41,095 nucleotides of DNA from a virus (Duplodnaviria; Caudoviricetes): positions 1 to 41,095 of IMG/VR virus record IMGVR_UViG_3300048630_000450; one strand, given 5' to 3'. The notes below the pieces were generated by a model. The model was not told where the DNA came from. It made no database searches and was given only the letters and a program-made list of their open reading frames with translations. This document shows positions 26,423 through 35,414 of the stretch, in pieces. The position numbers and the translations under genes were made by a program. How positions within the stretch are numbered: position 1 is the stretch's first letter; each line of letters begins with the position of its first letter.

Positions 26423-28345
26423 CTACCGAACAGGGCATGCACCAGTGTTGCAATCATCAAAGACAACAGAATCAGAGCCCACAGCCACCAACGGAACTGA
26501 CAGATCGACACTCGCAACTGACTTCTCATACTCTTTTTCTGTAATTTCTTCGTATGGAGGCAGAGGGAAATTATGATCGGTGTGTAACAAGAATGACACA
26601 CTCTTGATCGAATTCTTGTAGTTCTTCTGCAGCCACTCCTGGATTTCCGACAGTTCATCCATCTGGTAATAAACCGTCACCGACACAGCGTTGTCCGCCC
26701 ACTCGGTTTGCATGCGCTTGATCCACTCCAGTTGATCTATCGCCGACATCTCGCTGGCCAAAACAGCGTTTTCTGGAGACTGGCAAGGGAATTCGACAAC
26801 CTGACTGGTGCGATCCTTCTGCCCATCTAAACCAACATCCCACTGGACCTTGTAGCCACGGTTACGACACGCCTCCACCAGCGGATCCGTTGAACGGAAC
26901 CTGACCCGACGGATGTAGTAGCGGGCGTATGCCGGGTGTACGCCTGGTGTAACCCCTGGCAGTAGAGACAGCGTCCCTGAGGGTTGAACTGTGGTCAGGC
27001 GAACCGACTTGGGCAAGTTGTGCTGCTCCGAGTAATCCTCGTCTAGCCCGGACAGGTATTCATAAGCCAGTGGCAGCCAGGACAACTGTTTGTCAGACGC
27101 CTGCAACACTCCCGTTACAGACTGGCCCAGCCTTGAGTTCTTGGCAACGATCTTGGTTGTTTTCTCGTAAGGATACTCAAGCCGTGTGACCTGCTTCTGT
27201 GCCAGATAAAGCAAGCGGGAAATCTCCCGCATCTGCTTCAGCGACTCAATATTTGGGAGAAAAATCGTCGCCAGATTGCAACTCTCCCCATCCCCGAGCG
27301 CAATCTCGGCGCAGGGGTTAAACCCTTCAATGCTGTTATCTGTCTTTGCCTCTCCGAGCCTTCCAACCCTGCGAGCCAACTTACGATTAACCAATCCATA
27401 CGGTTCTCCATTGCCGTTATACCCCTTCCACAACTCCGGCAGGATCTCGTCGTAGGTGTCGGCATAAACGCTGTTGTTGCTGTTTGATCGCCAGGCGGGG
27501 ACAGTTCCCGTCGCCCAGTTCTTGGCTCGGAGGAACAGAACGTCATCAGGGTCACCGATGGCGATCTCAGCGGAGCGTCGTGCCGAACCGGACACCACCA
27601 CCCGTCCAATTATGTTACATATATCTAGAACATCTACGGATCGTAACTTTTTGCCCTCTCGACCCTGCACAACTGAGCAAATGTCAGCAATTCCATCAAT
27701 CAGAGCACCAGGTCCCGAGGCGGTACCACCAAACGTCTTGAGTTCAGCCCCCGACTCCCGAATCAAGATCGTTGAGTAGGTGAAGGACTTGCCCGTGTCG
27801 AAGAATGACTTGAGGGTGGAGTGGAGTAGGCGACTCCATCCCTGGCGCGAGTCGGGCACGATGATATCGGCATCGTTGGTGCGCTCATGCGTGATGGCAA
27901 CGCCAAGTTTCACCTTAGGGAGTTCGTGGATCTTGGCCCGCTCTACGGAAAAGCCCACGCCTCCACCGAGCATCAGCATGTCGAAGATGAACTCGAAGTC
28001 CTCGACCGTCTCGACATTGACGAAGTAGCAATTGTTGAGGCTCGCGCCGCCCATGTTCTGAACGAGGGGTGTACCCAACTGCCACAGCCCACGGCCAGCA
28101 AACGAGCAGCGAAGGTGGAACATGTGGTCGAAGAGGCGTTCAATCTCGGCCTGCGTGTACGGAACGCCGATCTCAATGGCGCCGTTGATTACCCGCTGGA
28201 TCGTCTCCGGCCACAGTTCGGTACGGTCGTCCCCGTTCTTGCGACTGTAGGTCCTGAGGAAGACGATCTCGCCCAACCCTCCAAACCCCCAGGGCACCGC
28301 TTGTGTCTTATAGGTGTCGACGAAGGAGTCTGCGATGTGGGGCAT
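26423..28345 (-). CDS. nrdJ: Class II (B12-dependent) ribonucleotide reductase, monomeric RTPR type
   Basis: RTYSR, GRGLW, NNCYF, RRSAEI, NPCAEI and TTVQPSGT motifs, with C-terminal CxxxxC (CNTGACPVR). ATG 28345 preferred as start. Confidence 0.93.
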   Translation of the reverse strand: MPHIADSFVDTYKTQAVPWGFGGLGEIVFLRTYSRKNGDDRTELWPETIQRVINGAIEIGVPYTQAEIERLFDHMFHLRCSFAGRGLWQLGTPLVQNMGGASLNNCYFVNVETVEDFEFIFDMLMLGGGVGFSVERAKIHELPKVKLGVAITHERTNDADIIVPDSRQGWSRLLHSTLKSFFDTGKSFTYSTILIRESGAELKTFGGTASGPGALIDGIADICSVVQGREGKKLRSVDVLDICNIIGRVVVSGSARRSAEIAIGDPDDVLFLRAKNWATGTVPAWRSNSNNSVYADTYDEILPELWKGYNGNGEPYGLVNRKLARRVGRLGEAKTDNSIEGFNPCAEIALGDGESCNLATIFLPNIESLKQMREISRLLYLAQKQVTRLEYPYEKTTKIVAKNSRLGQSVTGVLQASDKQLSWLPLAYEYLSGLDEDYSEQHNLPKSVRLTTVQPSGTLSLLPGVTPGVHPAYARYYIRRVRFRSTDPLVEACRNRGYKVQWDVGLDGQKDRTSQVVEFPCQSPENAVLASEMSAIDQLEWIKRMQTEWADNAVSVTVYYQMDELSEIQEWLQKNYKNSIKSVSFLLHTDHNFPLPPYEEITEKEYEKSVASVDLSVPLVAVGSDSVVFDDCNTGACPVR

Positions 28346-28432
28346 TGACCTGCGATTTTCGATTCGGTAGGTGAGTAGGGCGGGGATGAACAACCCCTAC
28401 CGATTGTAGACCACAGGGAAATACTGAAACTG

Positions 28433-28768
28433 TCAAACCAAGCCGAGTTTTTTGGCTTCCTCAAAGGGGATTGACGACCCGGCCTTATGCCTGAGAATTT
28501 TGGTCATACGGCCTGGGGTGATCTGCCTGTCCTCCCAAACGTCCTCTTCCAGATAGATCATCTGGACCTGCCTCATCCTGTCGGGAGTGTCGTGCCAGCC
28601 GACAAGAGAGTCGGGAGATTCCAGGGTGCCGGGACAGTCGCCGGTCGGATGACCGCAGATTGGACACGGTTCGCGGGTGGCATGAACGATGTAGCCGTCG
28701 GGAAAACCTACTCCCGTCAGAGAGGAGCGCGCCTGAAACCCGCCGTCAGGTGTAGGAGTAATGTTCAC
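28433..28768 (-). CDS. Hypothetical Zn-finger-like protein
   Basis: CPICGHPTGDC motif; AGGTG RBS. Confidence 0.65.
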   Translation of the reverse strand: MNITPTPDGGFQARSSLTGVGFPDGYIVHATREPCPICGHPTGDCPGTLESPDSLVGWHDTPDRMRQVQMIYLEEDVWEDRQITPGRMTKILRHKAGSSIPFEEAKKLGLV

Positions 28769-28796
28769 CTAACGATTGTAGTTCACTTTGCCTCGG

Positions 28797-29027
28797 TTAT
28801 ACCTCGCCACCCGTATAAGGCTCTGAATGCTTCCCCTCTTTACCAATACCCATCCATGCCGGATGTCCGGTTCCACCGTTCAAATAGTTAAGTCTGGCTG
28901 CTGCTTCTTCCGGAGTTGCCCATACGCTCTCACTGTAGAACTGGTTGTAAGGCGTTCCGTCATGGCTGTATTTAGTTAAATGATAGCCGACCTCGTAACC
29001 GTTCCCGAGTTTAATGTAAACGTACAT
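28797..29027 (-). CDS. Hypothetical phage protein (76 aa)
   Basis: GAAGGTGG RBS; YEVGY..ESV..EEAAARLNYLNGG motif. Confidence 0.7.
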   Translation of the reverse strand: MYVYIKLGNGYEVGYHLTKYSHDGTPYNQFYSESVWATPEEAAARLNYLNGGTGHPAWMGIGKEGKHSEPYTGGEV

Positions 29028-29053
29028 TTTCCCACCTTCTCATTCGCACTCGG

Positions 29054-30079
29054 TTACACCAGTGACAAAAGGGCCTGCTGAACGCTTTGCTTGTTCTTTG
29101 AAACCCACGAAGTGTAATTCATCGATGACGCCGCCTTGGCATCAGCCTCGCCCTCTCGAACATGGTCGAAGTATTCAGCGAAAGCGTTGTAGGTAGACCA
29201 TCCGTTGTACCCGTAGCCGGCAGCATTCTTGGCGGAGGTGTACAAGCCACGCATGGTCATCTGAACTTCGTCGCGATGGTCGCGTTGCCGATCGGTGAAG
29301 GAACTCGAATCCGGGAACACCGTATTGAACACGGTGTCGAATCGTCGGGAGCCAGCCGGAACGGAAATTCCCAACAACTTCTCGGCCATCTGCTGGAAGC
29401 CTCGAGCCCACTCCACTGAAATGTTGAGTATGTCTCGTGCGGCTTCTACGGCCTTGTCGGCATTCCGGGTGTGCTTGGCTCGGAAGATGCTCTTGGCCTG
29501 CCGCATGCCAAAGACGACCGTGTTCTTGCAGACCGCCCGAATGGGGGTATTGGCGAATGTGATCGGAGTACGTCCATCGTGACCGTTCTGAACGAGCAGA
29601 TAGCGATCGATCTTGTCGTTGATTCCATTGGGATCGATCACTAGCGAACCCAGGTCGAGACAGGCAAAGAACTCCCGACCACCACGGAGAACCCCTACGG
29701 TGTCGACAACTGCGTCGCCCTTGGAAGCCCCCACGATGTCCAAGGCCCGCAGTAGGCAGTCCTTGTTCTGTTCGACAACGAAGCGGGTGCCTACCGTGGC
29801 AAGCCCATCGAATGATCCGTCCGGATTCACCCGGATTGTGGCCCGACTGTTGCTGATAACGACTGGCTCGCCATCCAAATTGTAGAGAATCTGACCGTCG
29901 CCGTCGACTGCGGCTACGTCGGCAAGCACCACATCGAAGTCGGCCTGCGCAGCAGTAAGCATCGCTTCGGCAGTCTGGAGTCCACGCATGGGAGTTCCTA
30001 GCCGATGCCATGGAATCTCACGATCAGCATAAGCCATGCGGACTACACCATTATCGTTGACTTCGAGTTCGTGACTCAT
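29054..30079 (-). CDS. DUF932 family phage/plasmid protein
   Basis: PWHRLG, GVLRGGR, YLLVQNGHDG, TPIRAVCKNT, KHT and WSTYNAFAEYFDH motifs. Confidence 0.9.
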   Translation of the reverse strand: MSHELEVNDNGVVRMAYADREIPWHRLGTPMRGLQTAEAMLTAAQADFDVVLADVAAVDGDGQILYNLDGEPVVISNSRATIRVNPDGSFDGLATVGTRFVVEQNKDCLLRALDIVGASKGDAVVDTVGVLRGGREFFACLDLGSLVIDPNGINDKIDRYLLVQNGHDGRTPITFANTPIRAVCKNTVVFGMRQAKSIFRAKHTRNADKAVEAARDILNISVEWARGFQQMAEKLLGISVPAGSRRFDTVFNTVFPDSSSFTDRQRDHRDEVQMTMRGLYTSAKNAAGYGYNGWSTYNAFAEYFDHVREGEADAKAASSMNYTSWVSKNKQSVQQALLSLV

Positions 30080-30082
30080 TTG

Positions 30083-30334
30083 TTATCCAGCCCCCTGTTC
30101 GGCCAATAATGCTTCTTTTGTCGTCGTTCCTGCGGCGGGGATCTCGATAGATTTGAAAGTTCTGACGTTCTCGGGTACACCCGTAGCCTCGTCCTGCGCA
30201 GTCCATACGGACTCCACGCTCGCAGTCCAACCCGGCAGGTGTTCCGTGAAGGCTGCACCAAGATTGTCGATTGCCTCGACTGCCGCTTCCTCGGAATCTG
30301 AGTCAAAAATCACGCTTAGTTCAAATGTCGTCAT
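30083..30334 (-). CDS. Hypothetical protein (83 aa)
   Basis: ORF fits the operon spacing. Confidence 0.6.
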   Translation of the reverse strand: MTTFELSVIFDSDSEEAAVEAIDNLGAAFTEHLPGWTASVESVWTAQDEATGVPENVRTFKSIEIPAAGTTTKEALLAEQGAG

Positions 30335-30365
30335 AACTATATTCTAGATGAAACAAACCAGGTTG

Positions 30366-31328
30366 TCAACCCGAGTTCCAAACGGTGTCCAGCCCCCCGA
30401 TCAGGCCTCCGTCCCGGAGGAAGTCGACAGCATACGACAGCCGGAAGTGATACTTCCCTAGCGTGCCCTGCGGGTAGCGCTCTTCCAGCAGTCTGACCGT
30501 CTGCTCAAAAGGCCAGCCCTCATATTGGGCAGTAAAGAGGTCATACCCCACCGGGAGAGGATTGGGTGGCGCTTGTAAGGTGGGCAGGGTCGTAGTGGTC
30601 ACAGGCGCGAAGGTCGTGGTTGTCGGGGTTATGATGGCCTGCGTTGTAGTGGTCACAGGCGGAACCGGGCTGGGTGTCGCTTCAACTATGGCCTGTGTCG
30701 TAGTTGGCGGGGTCGGACCCGAGGTGGTTTCCGCCCCTTGATTGGACCCCGCCGGAACTGTAGTAGTAGTGGTTGTCGGAAGGTTCGAGACCCACACGCC
30801 GGCGTCGTTGATCTCCATAACCGGAATCGAGTATCCGTAGTTGCCCATGCAGAGCGACTGCCAGACGGTGAAAGTCGGGGTCATCGGATTCGCTACGGCC
30901 CAGTAGGGATCGTCAACCCGGCGAATGGTCATGTTGGCGTCCAGAATCCACTCGGGGACTAGACCCGCACTGAAGTTCAGCGCTTCGATCTCCGGGTAGT
31001 CCCCGTTGAGCCAGTCGTCAAGGGACAGGATCTGACCGTCGGTCAAGCCACGCGCCCACTGATCCCAAGCAGGGATAGTCCCATCCTCTTGGACGTTGGT
31101 GCCCTTGCCGGTGGTGTGTTCGGCTTCCCAATAACGAAACACCACGCCGGAGGGGATCGTCCCGTCGGCTTCCATCGTGGTGATGTGGGCTGCCCACTCG
31201 TCGTAGGTCATATGGATGAATCCGTACTCGGTGGAGCAAGGCGAGTAGATCACGTCATGCGTGGCACTGGCCGGAACGGCAGCCAACACAGCGCCAAAGA
31301 TGGCTGCGGCAAACAATGCTTTCATCAT
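30366..31328 (-). CDS. Secreted protein with signal peptide and Thr/Pro-rich linker
   Basis: MKALFAAAIFGAVLAAVPASA signal peptide, repeated PTTTT tracts, GAGGT RBS. Confidence 0.8.
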   Translation of the reverse strand: MMKALFAAAIFGAVLAAVPASATHDVIYSPCSTEYGFIHMTYDEWAAHITTMEADGTIPSGVVFRYWEAEHTTGKGTNVQEDGTIPAWDQWARGLTDGQILSLDDWLNGDYPEIEALNFSAGLVPEWILDANMTIRRVDDPYWAVANPMTPTFTVWQSLCMGNYGYSIPVMEINDAGVWVSNLPTTTTTTVPAGSNQGAETTSGPTPPTTTQAIVEATPSPVPPVTTTTQAIITPTTTTFAPVTTTTLPTLQAPPNPLPVGYDLFTAQYEGWPFEQTVRLLEERYPQGTLGKYHFRLSYAVDFLRDGGLIGGLDTVWNSG

Positions 31329-31353
31329 GATTCAGACCTCTTCATATAGAAAG

Positions 31354-31603
31354 TCTAGGGCGACAACCATCTGGGAGTCGCTATTGGCATGGCCCTAGAG
31401 AAAGACCCGGCGGTAGTGAAATGGGTATCGAACCACACCTGGCCGGGTAGGAAAAGCCTGACGATGCACGTTATGGGAGTCGTTGCTGGGGTGGTCAGGT
31501 GAGAAAGGCCCGGCGCGACGAGGGTGGGTATCGAGTCATCGGTGGCCGGGTAAGAAACAAGGGGGCGACACTCGGATGGGTATCGGAGAGTCACTAGCCC
31601 CCT
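31354..31603 (-). ncRNA. TIGR-like dual-spacer stem-loop guide RNA array, 5 units
   Basis: Each unit (minus strand) is stem-CCA-N9-CGA(TA/CT)CCCA-N9/10-CG-stem', with a period of ~51-52 nt. Stems vary in sequence between units but stay complementary; linkers are U-rich. Confidence 0.88.
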
Positions 31604-31802
31604 AGGAAGCCTCTCGTTCTCGAACGAAGCCAATTTGACGAATATCCTCCTTGACGCAAGACAGGATTCGCCACACCGGATCACCGACAATCTCAGCGGC
31701 GCGCCGCGCCTCGTCGGTAGGTTCCGGCAAGGCGAGAATCACCTCAATGATCTGATCAATGTCGGCTTGGTGCGCCTCGGAGAGTTCGCTGTAGCGACTC
31801 AT
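31602..31802 (-). CDS. Small hypothetical protein (66 aa) between the Tas-like gene and the array
   Basis: MSRYSELSEAHQADIDQIIEV...; TGATG coupling to the upstream gene; its TAG overlaps the first array stem. Confidence 0.65.
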   Translation of the reverse strand: MSRYSELSEAHQADIDQIIEVILALPEPTDEARRAAEIVGDPVWRILSCVKEDIRQIGFVREREAS

Positions 31803-32749
31803 CAGGCAGCCTCTGCTATCGCCGCCACTCCCAAATCGGAGCGAGCAGCCACCCACAAATCCCTCAACATCGTCTTCATGACCTTGCGAACGGCCATGTT
31901 GTGACGGTGGATCGGGCGACAGGGCTGACCCTTGCACTTCTCGCAAGGCTGCCCCTCGCGAAGATCGTAATGGGCTCGCGCATCGTCGTAGGTGTTCTTG
32001 TACGGGGAGCGAGGCTTCACAACGCCGTTCTTGTCAGGTCCGCCGGCCAACTTGAGGCACGGCTGGGCCAGATTCCAAATCAGGGATTTGGTGAACTTTG
32101 AGCCGGCAGCCAAAGCCTCTTGCTGCGACTCGCCCTTGTAATGCTTGCGAGACGCATCGCCCAGGCCACAGTACGACCAGAGTTGCGAAACCATGCGCTC
32201 GAAAAACAACTCGCCGTCAGGCTGGACGGTCGCGACGAGGAACTTTTTGTCCTCTTTCCCGCCTTCCGTGTAGTCGGGGTTTTCCTCCCAATGCATTGGA
32301 AAGGCGATCACGGGATGACCGATCTCGCCAAGAACGCGAGCAACGGTCGGCGGGCCAACGCCGGAAATGGCAAGCCACTCCGTCATGGCTGGCCCGGAGC
32401 AGACACCCAACATGGCGTCGGTAGTCATGCGCTCTGCTGCTTTTTCGGAAGCGCAAAGCAGGCCGTAAACCGACATGGATTTCAGGGACTTGCGGATGCG
32501 CTTGCGCTCATCGTCGTCCGTGAAATCTGCGTCGATGAGAGAAACGACCTCCGTATCGGTCACGGTATAGTCGGCCCCTATAAGCGCATCCAAATAGATT
32601 GGATGGGTCTTGCCCAAGGGCTCTTCGAGGTCGAGGCACACGTCCGCATAGATGCGGTTTTCGTGTCGAATCCGAGTGTCCTTGAGGTCCGTGAGGTTTC
32701 GGGCGTAAAGCCGGAGATCGCGGAAATCTGCTTGCAGTTGCTCATACAT
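31802..32749 (-). CDS. TasA-like Nop-domain (IS110-related) RNA-binding protein with no nuclease domain
   Basis: RIRHENR helix, ISGVGPPTVARVLGEIG, SQLWSYCGL, HRHNMAVRKVMKTMLRDLW. No RuvC/DEDD or HNH region is visible. Adjacent to the dual-spacer array. Confidence 0.8.
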   Translation of the reverse strand: MYEQLQADFRDLRLYARNLTDLKDTRIRHENRIYADVCLDLEEPLGKTHPIYLDALIGADYTVTDTEVVSLIDADFTDDDERKRIRKSLKSMSVYGLLCASEKAAERMTTDAMLGVCSGPAMTEWLAISGVGPPTVARVLGEIGHPVIAFPMHWEENPDYTEGGKEDKKFLVATVQPDGELFFERMVSQLWSYCGLGDASRKHYKGESQQEALAAGSKFTKSLIWNLAQPCLKLAGGPDKNGVVKPRSPYKNTYDDARAHYDLREGQPCEKCKGQPCRPIHRHNMAVRKVMKTMLRDLWVAARSDLGVAAIAEAA

Positions 32750-32822
32750 ATTTATGACCCTTTCGGGATAGGTATCGGTTATATACGGGTATTTCTTCTT
32801 GGGCCGAAGCCCGAGATCTAGG

Positions 32823-33380
32823 CTACTTGTCGGTGATCGTCACCTTTAGTGCAGCCTCTTCAAAGGTGTCGCTGTGGAGTTCATCCAGTACCGCCAAGGG
32901 CTCCGAGTAGGAGCGGCGGAGCGTGAGATGGCCGTCGATGGCTCGATCGATCTCGTCGATCTTGTTCAGGAAGTCTGCTCGGGTCATGTGCTTGAAGAAC
33001 ACGAGGCGACCGTTGATGTGGTGGCGTTGATCCATCACGATGGGATTGAAGAAGTGGGCGTATGGACCCTTGATGGTCGTGCCGTCATCGATGCGGACGA
33101 CCTTCTTGTCCTTCTCGTCAGCCGCCTTCTGCTCCAGCACCGCGTTCTTGCTACGGCCTCCAGAGTTTCGAGCATTCCATCGGAACATGGGAGACAGCCA
33201 CGCGATCAACACGTCAACGCCAACATTGTCGGTGATGAGCGCTCGAAACTCTGCGACAAGCGCATCGTAGATGTCTTCCCGATCGGCACCTTCGCGCATC
33301 AGGCGATTGGCGACGGAAGAAGCGGAGGAAACTTCTGAAGCGATGAGAACTTCTGAAGCGGTGAGGGATTCGGTAATCAT
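32823..33380 (-). CDS. Hypothetical protein (185 aa), first gene of the Tas-like operon
   Basis: Co-oriented, directly downstream of the promoter; GAAGG RBS-like sequence. Confidence 0.75.
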   Translation of the reverse strand: MITESLTASEVLIASEVSSASSVANRLMREGADREDIYDALVAEFRALITDNVGVDVLIAWLSPMFRWNARNSGGRSKNAVLEQKAADEKDKKVVRIDDGTTIKGPYAHFFNPIVMDQRHHINGRLVFFKHMTRADFLNKIDEIDRAIDGHLTLRRSYSEPLAVLDELHSDTFEEAALKVTITDK

Positions 33381-33418
33381 GCGACGGTCAACCTTCTGAT
33401 AGATGTGCTGGACGAATC

Positions 33419-33447
33419 ACACTACAGGCGGCTTCGCCGACTGTCAA
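33419..33447 (-). promoter_or_regulatory. Sigma70/SigA-type promoter driving the Tas-like operon
   Basis: TTGACA-N17-TAGTGT on the minus strand, about 40 nt upstream of ATG 33380. Confidence 0.7.
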
Positions 33448-33572
33448 CCTTTTTATTCGTCCCTCGGGTTCCCTCCGGCTGGAACTGCCGCGTGACCAGG
33501 GGTTATAGGACTGTAAAAAGTTTGTCAGTAGTTGCCCTTGCGGCCCCCGATCATCTCAAGTACGCTGGAGAC

Positions 33573-33845
33573 ATGCCTTCCAAGAACGACGCACGCCTAG
33601 CCATTCTCCAGCACATCACTGCGTGGTATATGGAGTTTACAGATACCTTCGAACTGGAGGACTCCGACGTGGACGCCCTCATCGAAGAGGCCGGCGAACA
33701 AGCCGCGCTGATGATGGACTCAATGACCATGGAAGTCCAAGAAGTCCACAACGACACCATTACCGTCTCCCTGCAACTGCTCGACATCGTCCCGTTCCTG
33801 GAAGAAAAATTGTCCGAGACCTATGTCGAGGACGTAGAACTGTAA
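33573..33845 (+). CDS. Acidic hypothetical protein (90 aa)
   Basis: GGAG RBS before ATG 33573. Confidence 0.7.
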   Translation: MPSKNDARLAILQHITAWYMEFTDTFELEDSDVDALIEEAGEQAALMMDSMTMEVQEVHNDTITVSLQLLDIVPFLEEKLSETYVEDVEL

Positions 33846-33853
33846 ACTGTTGT

Positions 33854-34780
33854 ATGACCGTCAACCTGCGATTCCGTGTACTCGCTGGCGTCCTCCTGTC
33901 CATTCTGTGGATCGGAGCCAATCTCGCCTGCGCCGGCTCTACCGGGAGAGCAGAAAACGCGTCCACCTTCTCCGAAGCCTTTCGAGTTATGCCCGCCACG
34001 ATCCCCAAACCCGCCCCGCTCGAAGTTCTGTCCCCGCCGGTTACAACTTTCCCCTCCGCGAAACCGGCGGGGGCAACCACTATTCCAGCCATAGCGCCCA
34101 CGATACCCACCAGGATTCCGCCGGATATAAACCGCATACAAACGACCGGTACGGTGTCCCCACCGAAATACGCCAACTCCATGACCGGCCAGCAGTACCG
34201 GTATTTTGAACGAAGTCTGGAAGTAACTGCCCTTCAAATGGAACTTGGAATGCGATCCGTTGACGGCGTCTACGGACCACAGACACGCAAGGCCCACATC
34301 GATGCAATCGGTGGTCCGACTGCTGCCATCTACCGCTTCTACCCGGAAATCGGACAAACACCGACCCCCTGTTCTCCCGCCCAGGAGCCAGAAAAAACCT
34401 GCCTGCCGGGTGACGGGCATTACGAACTCCCGACGCTCGAACAACTCATCCACCAATACTTCAAGCCGAAACATCACGAACTAGCCCACAAAATCGCATT
34501 CTGTGAGTCCAGCGCAAAACCACACGACACCGGATCGGCCGAAGTGTCCAGCGCCCTAGCCATCGGCTGGTTTCAACACTTGGCAAAGTATTGGGTCCAA
34601 CGATCCGAACAGGCGGGCTGGAAAGACTACGACCCCTTCAATGGACGGGCCAATGTCGCTGTCGCCGCGTGGTTGTTCTACGACAGCGGCATCCACCATT
34701 GGAATCCTTCGCGGTCGTGCTGGGGCGCTGCCAACCAGCCGCCACCCACGACATCATCCATGCCGCCCGCAGAGGCGTAG
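33854..34780 (+). CDS. Secreted lytic transglycosylase (SLT-like) with peptidoglycan-binding domain
   Basis: Hydrophobic N-terminus, P/T linker, ALQ..VDGVYGPQT (PG_binding_1-like), and IAFCESS..GWFQ..DPFNGRANV..AAWL..HW. Confidence 0.8.
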   Translation: MTVNLRFRVLAGVLLSILWIGANLACAGSTGRAENASTFSEAFRVMPATIPKPAPLEVLSPPVTTFPSAKPAGATTIPAIAPTIPTRIPPDINRIQTTGTVSPPKYANSMTGQQYRYFERSLEVTALQMELGMRSVDGVYGPQTRKAHIDAIGGPTAAIYRFYPEIGQTPTPCSPAQEPEKTCLPGDGHYELPTLEQLIHQYFKPKHHELAHKIAFCESSAKPHDTGSAEVSSALAIGWFQHLAKYWVQRSEQAGWKDYDPFNGRANVAVAAWLFYDSGIHHWNPSRSCWGAANQPPPTTSSMPPAEA

Positions 34781-34784
34781 CAAA

Positions 34785-34814
34785 GAGAAAACCCCCCGTG
34801 AGGGGGGCCTTCTC
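34785..34814 (-). terminator. Hairpin terminator between the convergent SLT and ssb genes
   Basis: CCCCCC-GTGA-GGGGGG stem, followed by TTTTCTCTTT on the minus strand. Confidence 0.65.
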
Positions 34815-34865
34815 AAGACACTGCAACTCCAAGGAGTTGACTGGTTCGCCGTACCTACAAGAGTA

Positions 34866-35306
34866 CTAGAACGGATCCTTCTCGAGTGCAGGCTCCGACT
34901 GCTTGGCGCGAGGCGACGCTGCGGCTGTCTGCCCTTCGCCCCCCTGCCCCCGCCGCTTGCGAGTTAAATCCTCGATGCTCCGAGTGAGAACGCCGACGTG
35001 GTCAGCAATCAACTCGATCTTGGAACGCTTGGTCCCATCGTCTGCTTCCCATGAGCGCTGTTCGAGACGGCCCTGAACGATGACGCCCACGCCCTTCTCC
35101 AACACGCTCGCAGAGTCCTCGGCAAGGTAGCGCCAGCACGTCACGTCGAAGAAAGAGGTCTTCTCTTGCTTCTCGTCATTCTTGTCACGGTAGTAGTGGT
35201 TCGATGCGACGCCGAACTTCAGCAGCGCTGCCCCACCATCGGTGTACGTCAACTTGGGATCTGCGGTCAGATTCCCAATGATTATTGCGGGTGAAAAAGC
35301 AACCAT
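34866..35306 (-). CDS. ssb: Single-stranded DNA-binding protein
   Basis: IGNLTADP, FFDVTCWR, KGVGVIVQGRLEQRSWE motifs and acidic DPF tail. Confidence 0.93.
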   Translation of the reverse strand: MVAFSPAIIIGNLTADPKLTYTDGGAALLKFGVASNHYYRDKNDEKQEKTSFFDVTCWRYLAEDSASVLEKGVGVIVQGRLEQRSWEADDGTKRSKIELIADHVGVLTRSIEDLTRKRRGQGGEGQTAAASPRAKQSEPALEKDPF

Positions 35307-35414
35307 GTACTCATCTCTCTTCTGTTGTGGGGGCACGCCCCCGTCGAAGTCACCAAGGTAGCACGAGCCGGCGTCCCCGTCGGGCATAATGTAGGGAGAC
35401 CCCCTGGAGACCCC

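Noticed and set aside
31354-31603. CRISPR array
   Set aside because: The constant parts are only 2-9 nt, with two 9-nt variable segments per unit, and no cas genes are present. The architecture fits TIGR instead.
31355-31690. 111-aa minus-strand ORF across the array
   Set aside because: It overlaps the structured repeat array and a better-supported 66-aa ORF, so it is likely spurious.
32671-32679. Spacer tccgagtgt matches inside the Tas-like gene (self-target)
   Set aside because: The partner spacer does not match either flank. A lone 9-mer hit is expected by chance with ten spacers in 41 kb of double-stranded sequence.
31802-32749. Active IS110 transposase / insertion sequence
   Set aside because: There is no N-terminal DEDD RuvC-like domain. 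The gene is embedded in a phage operon beside a multi-unit guide array.
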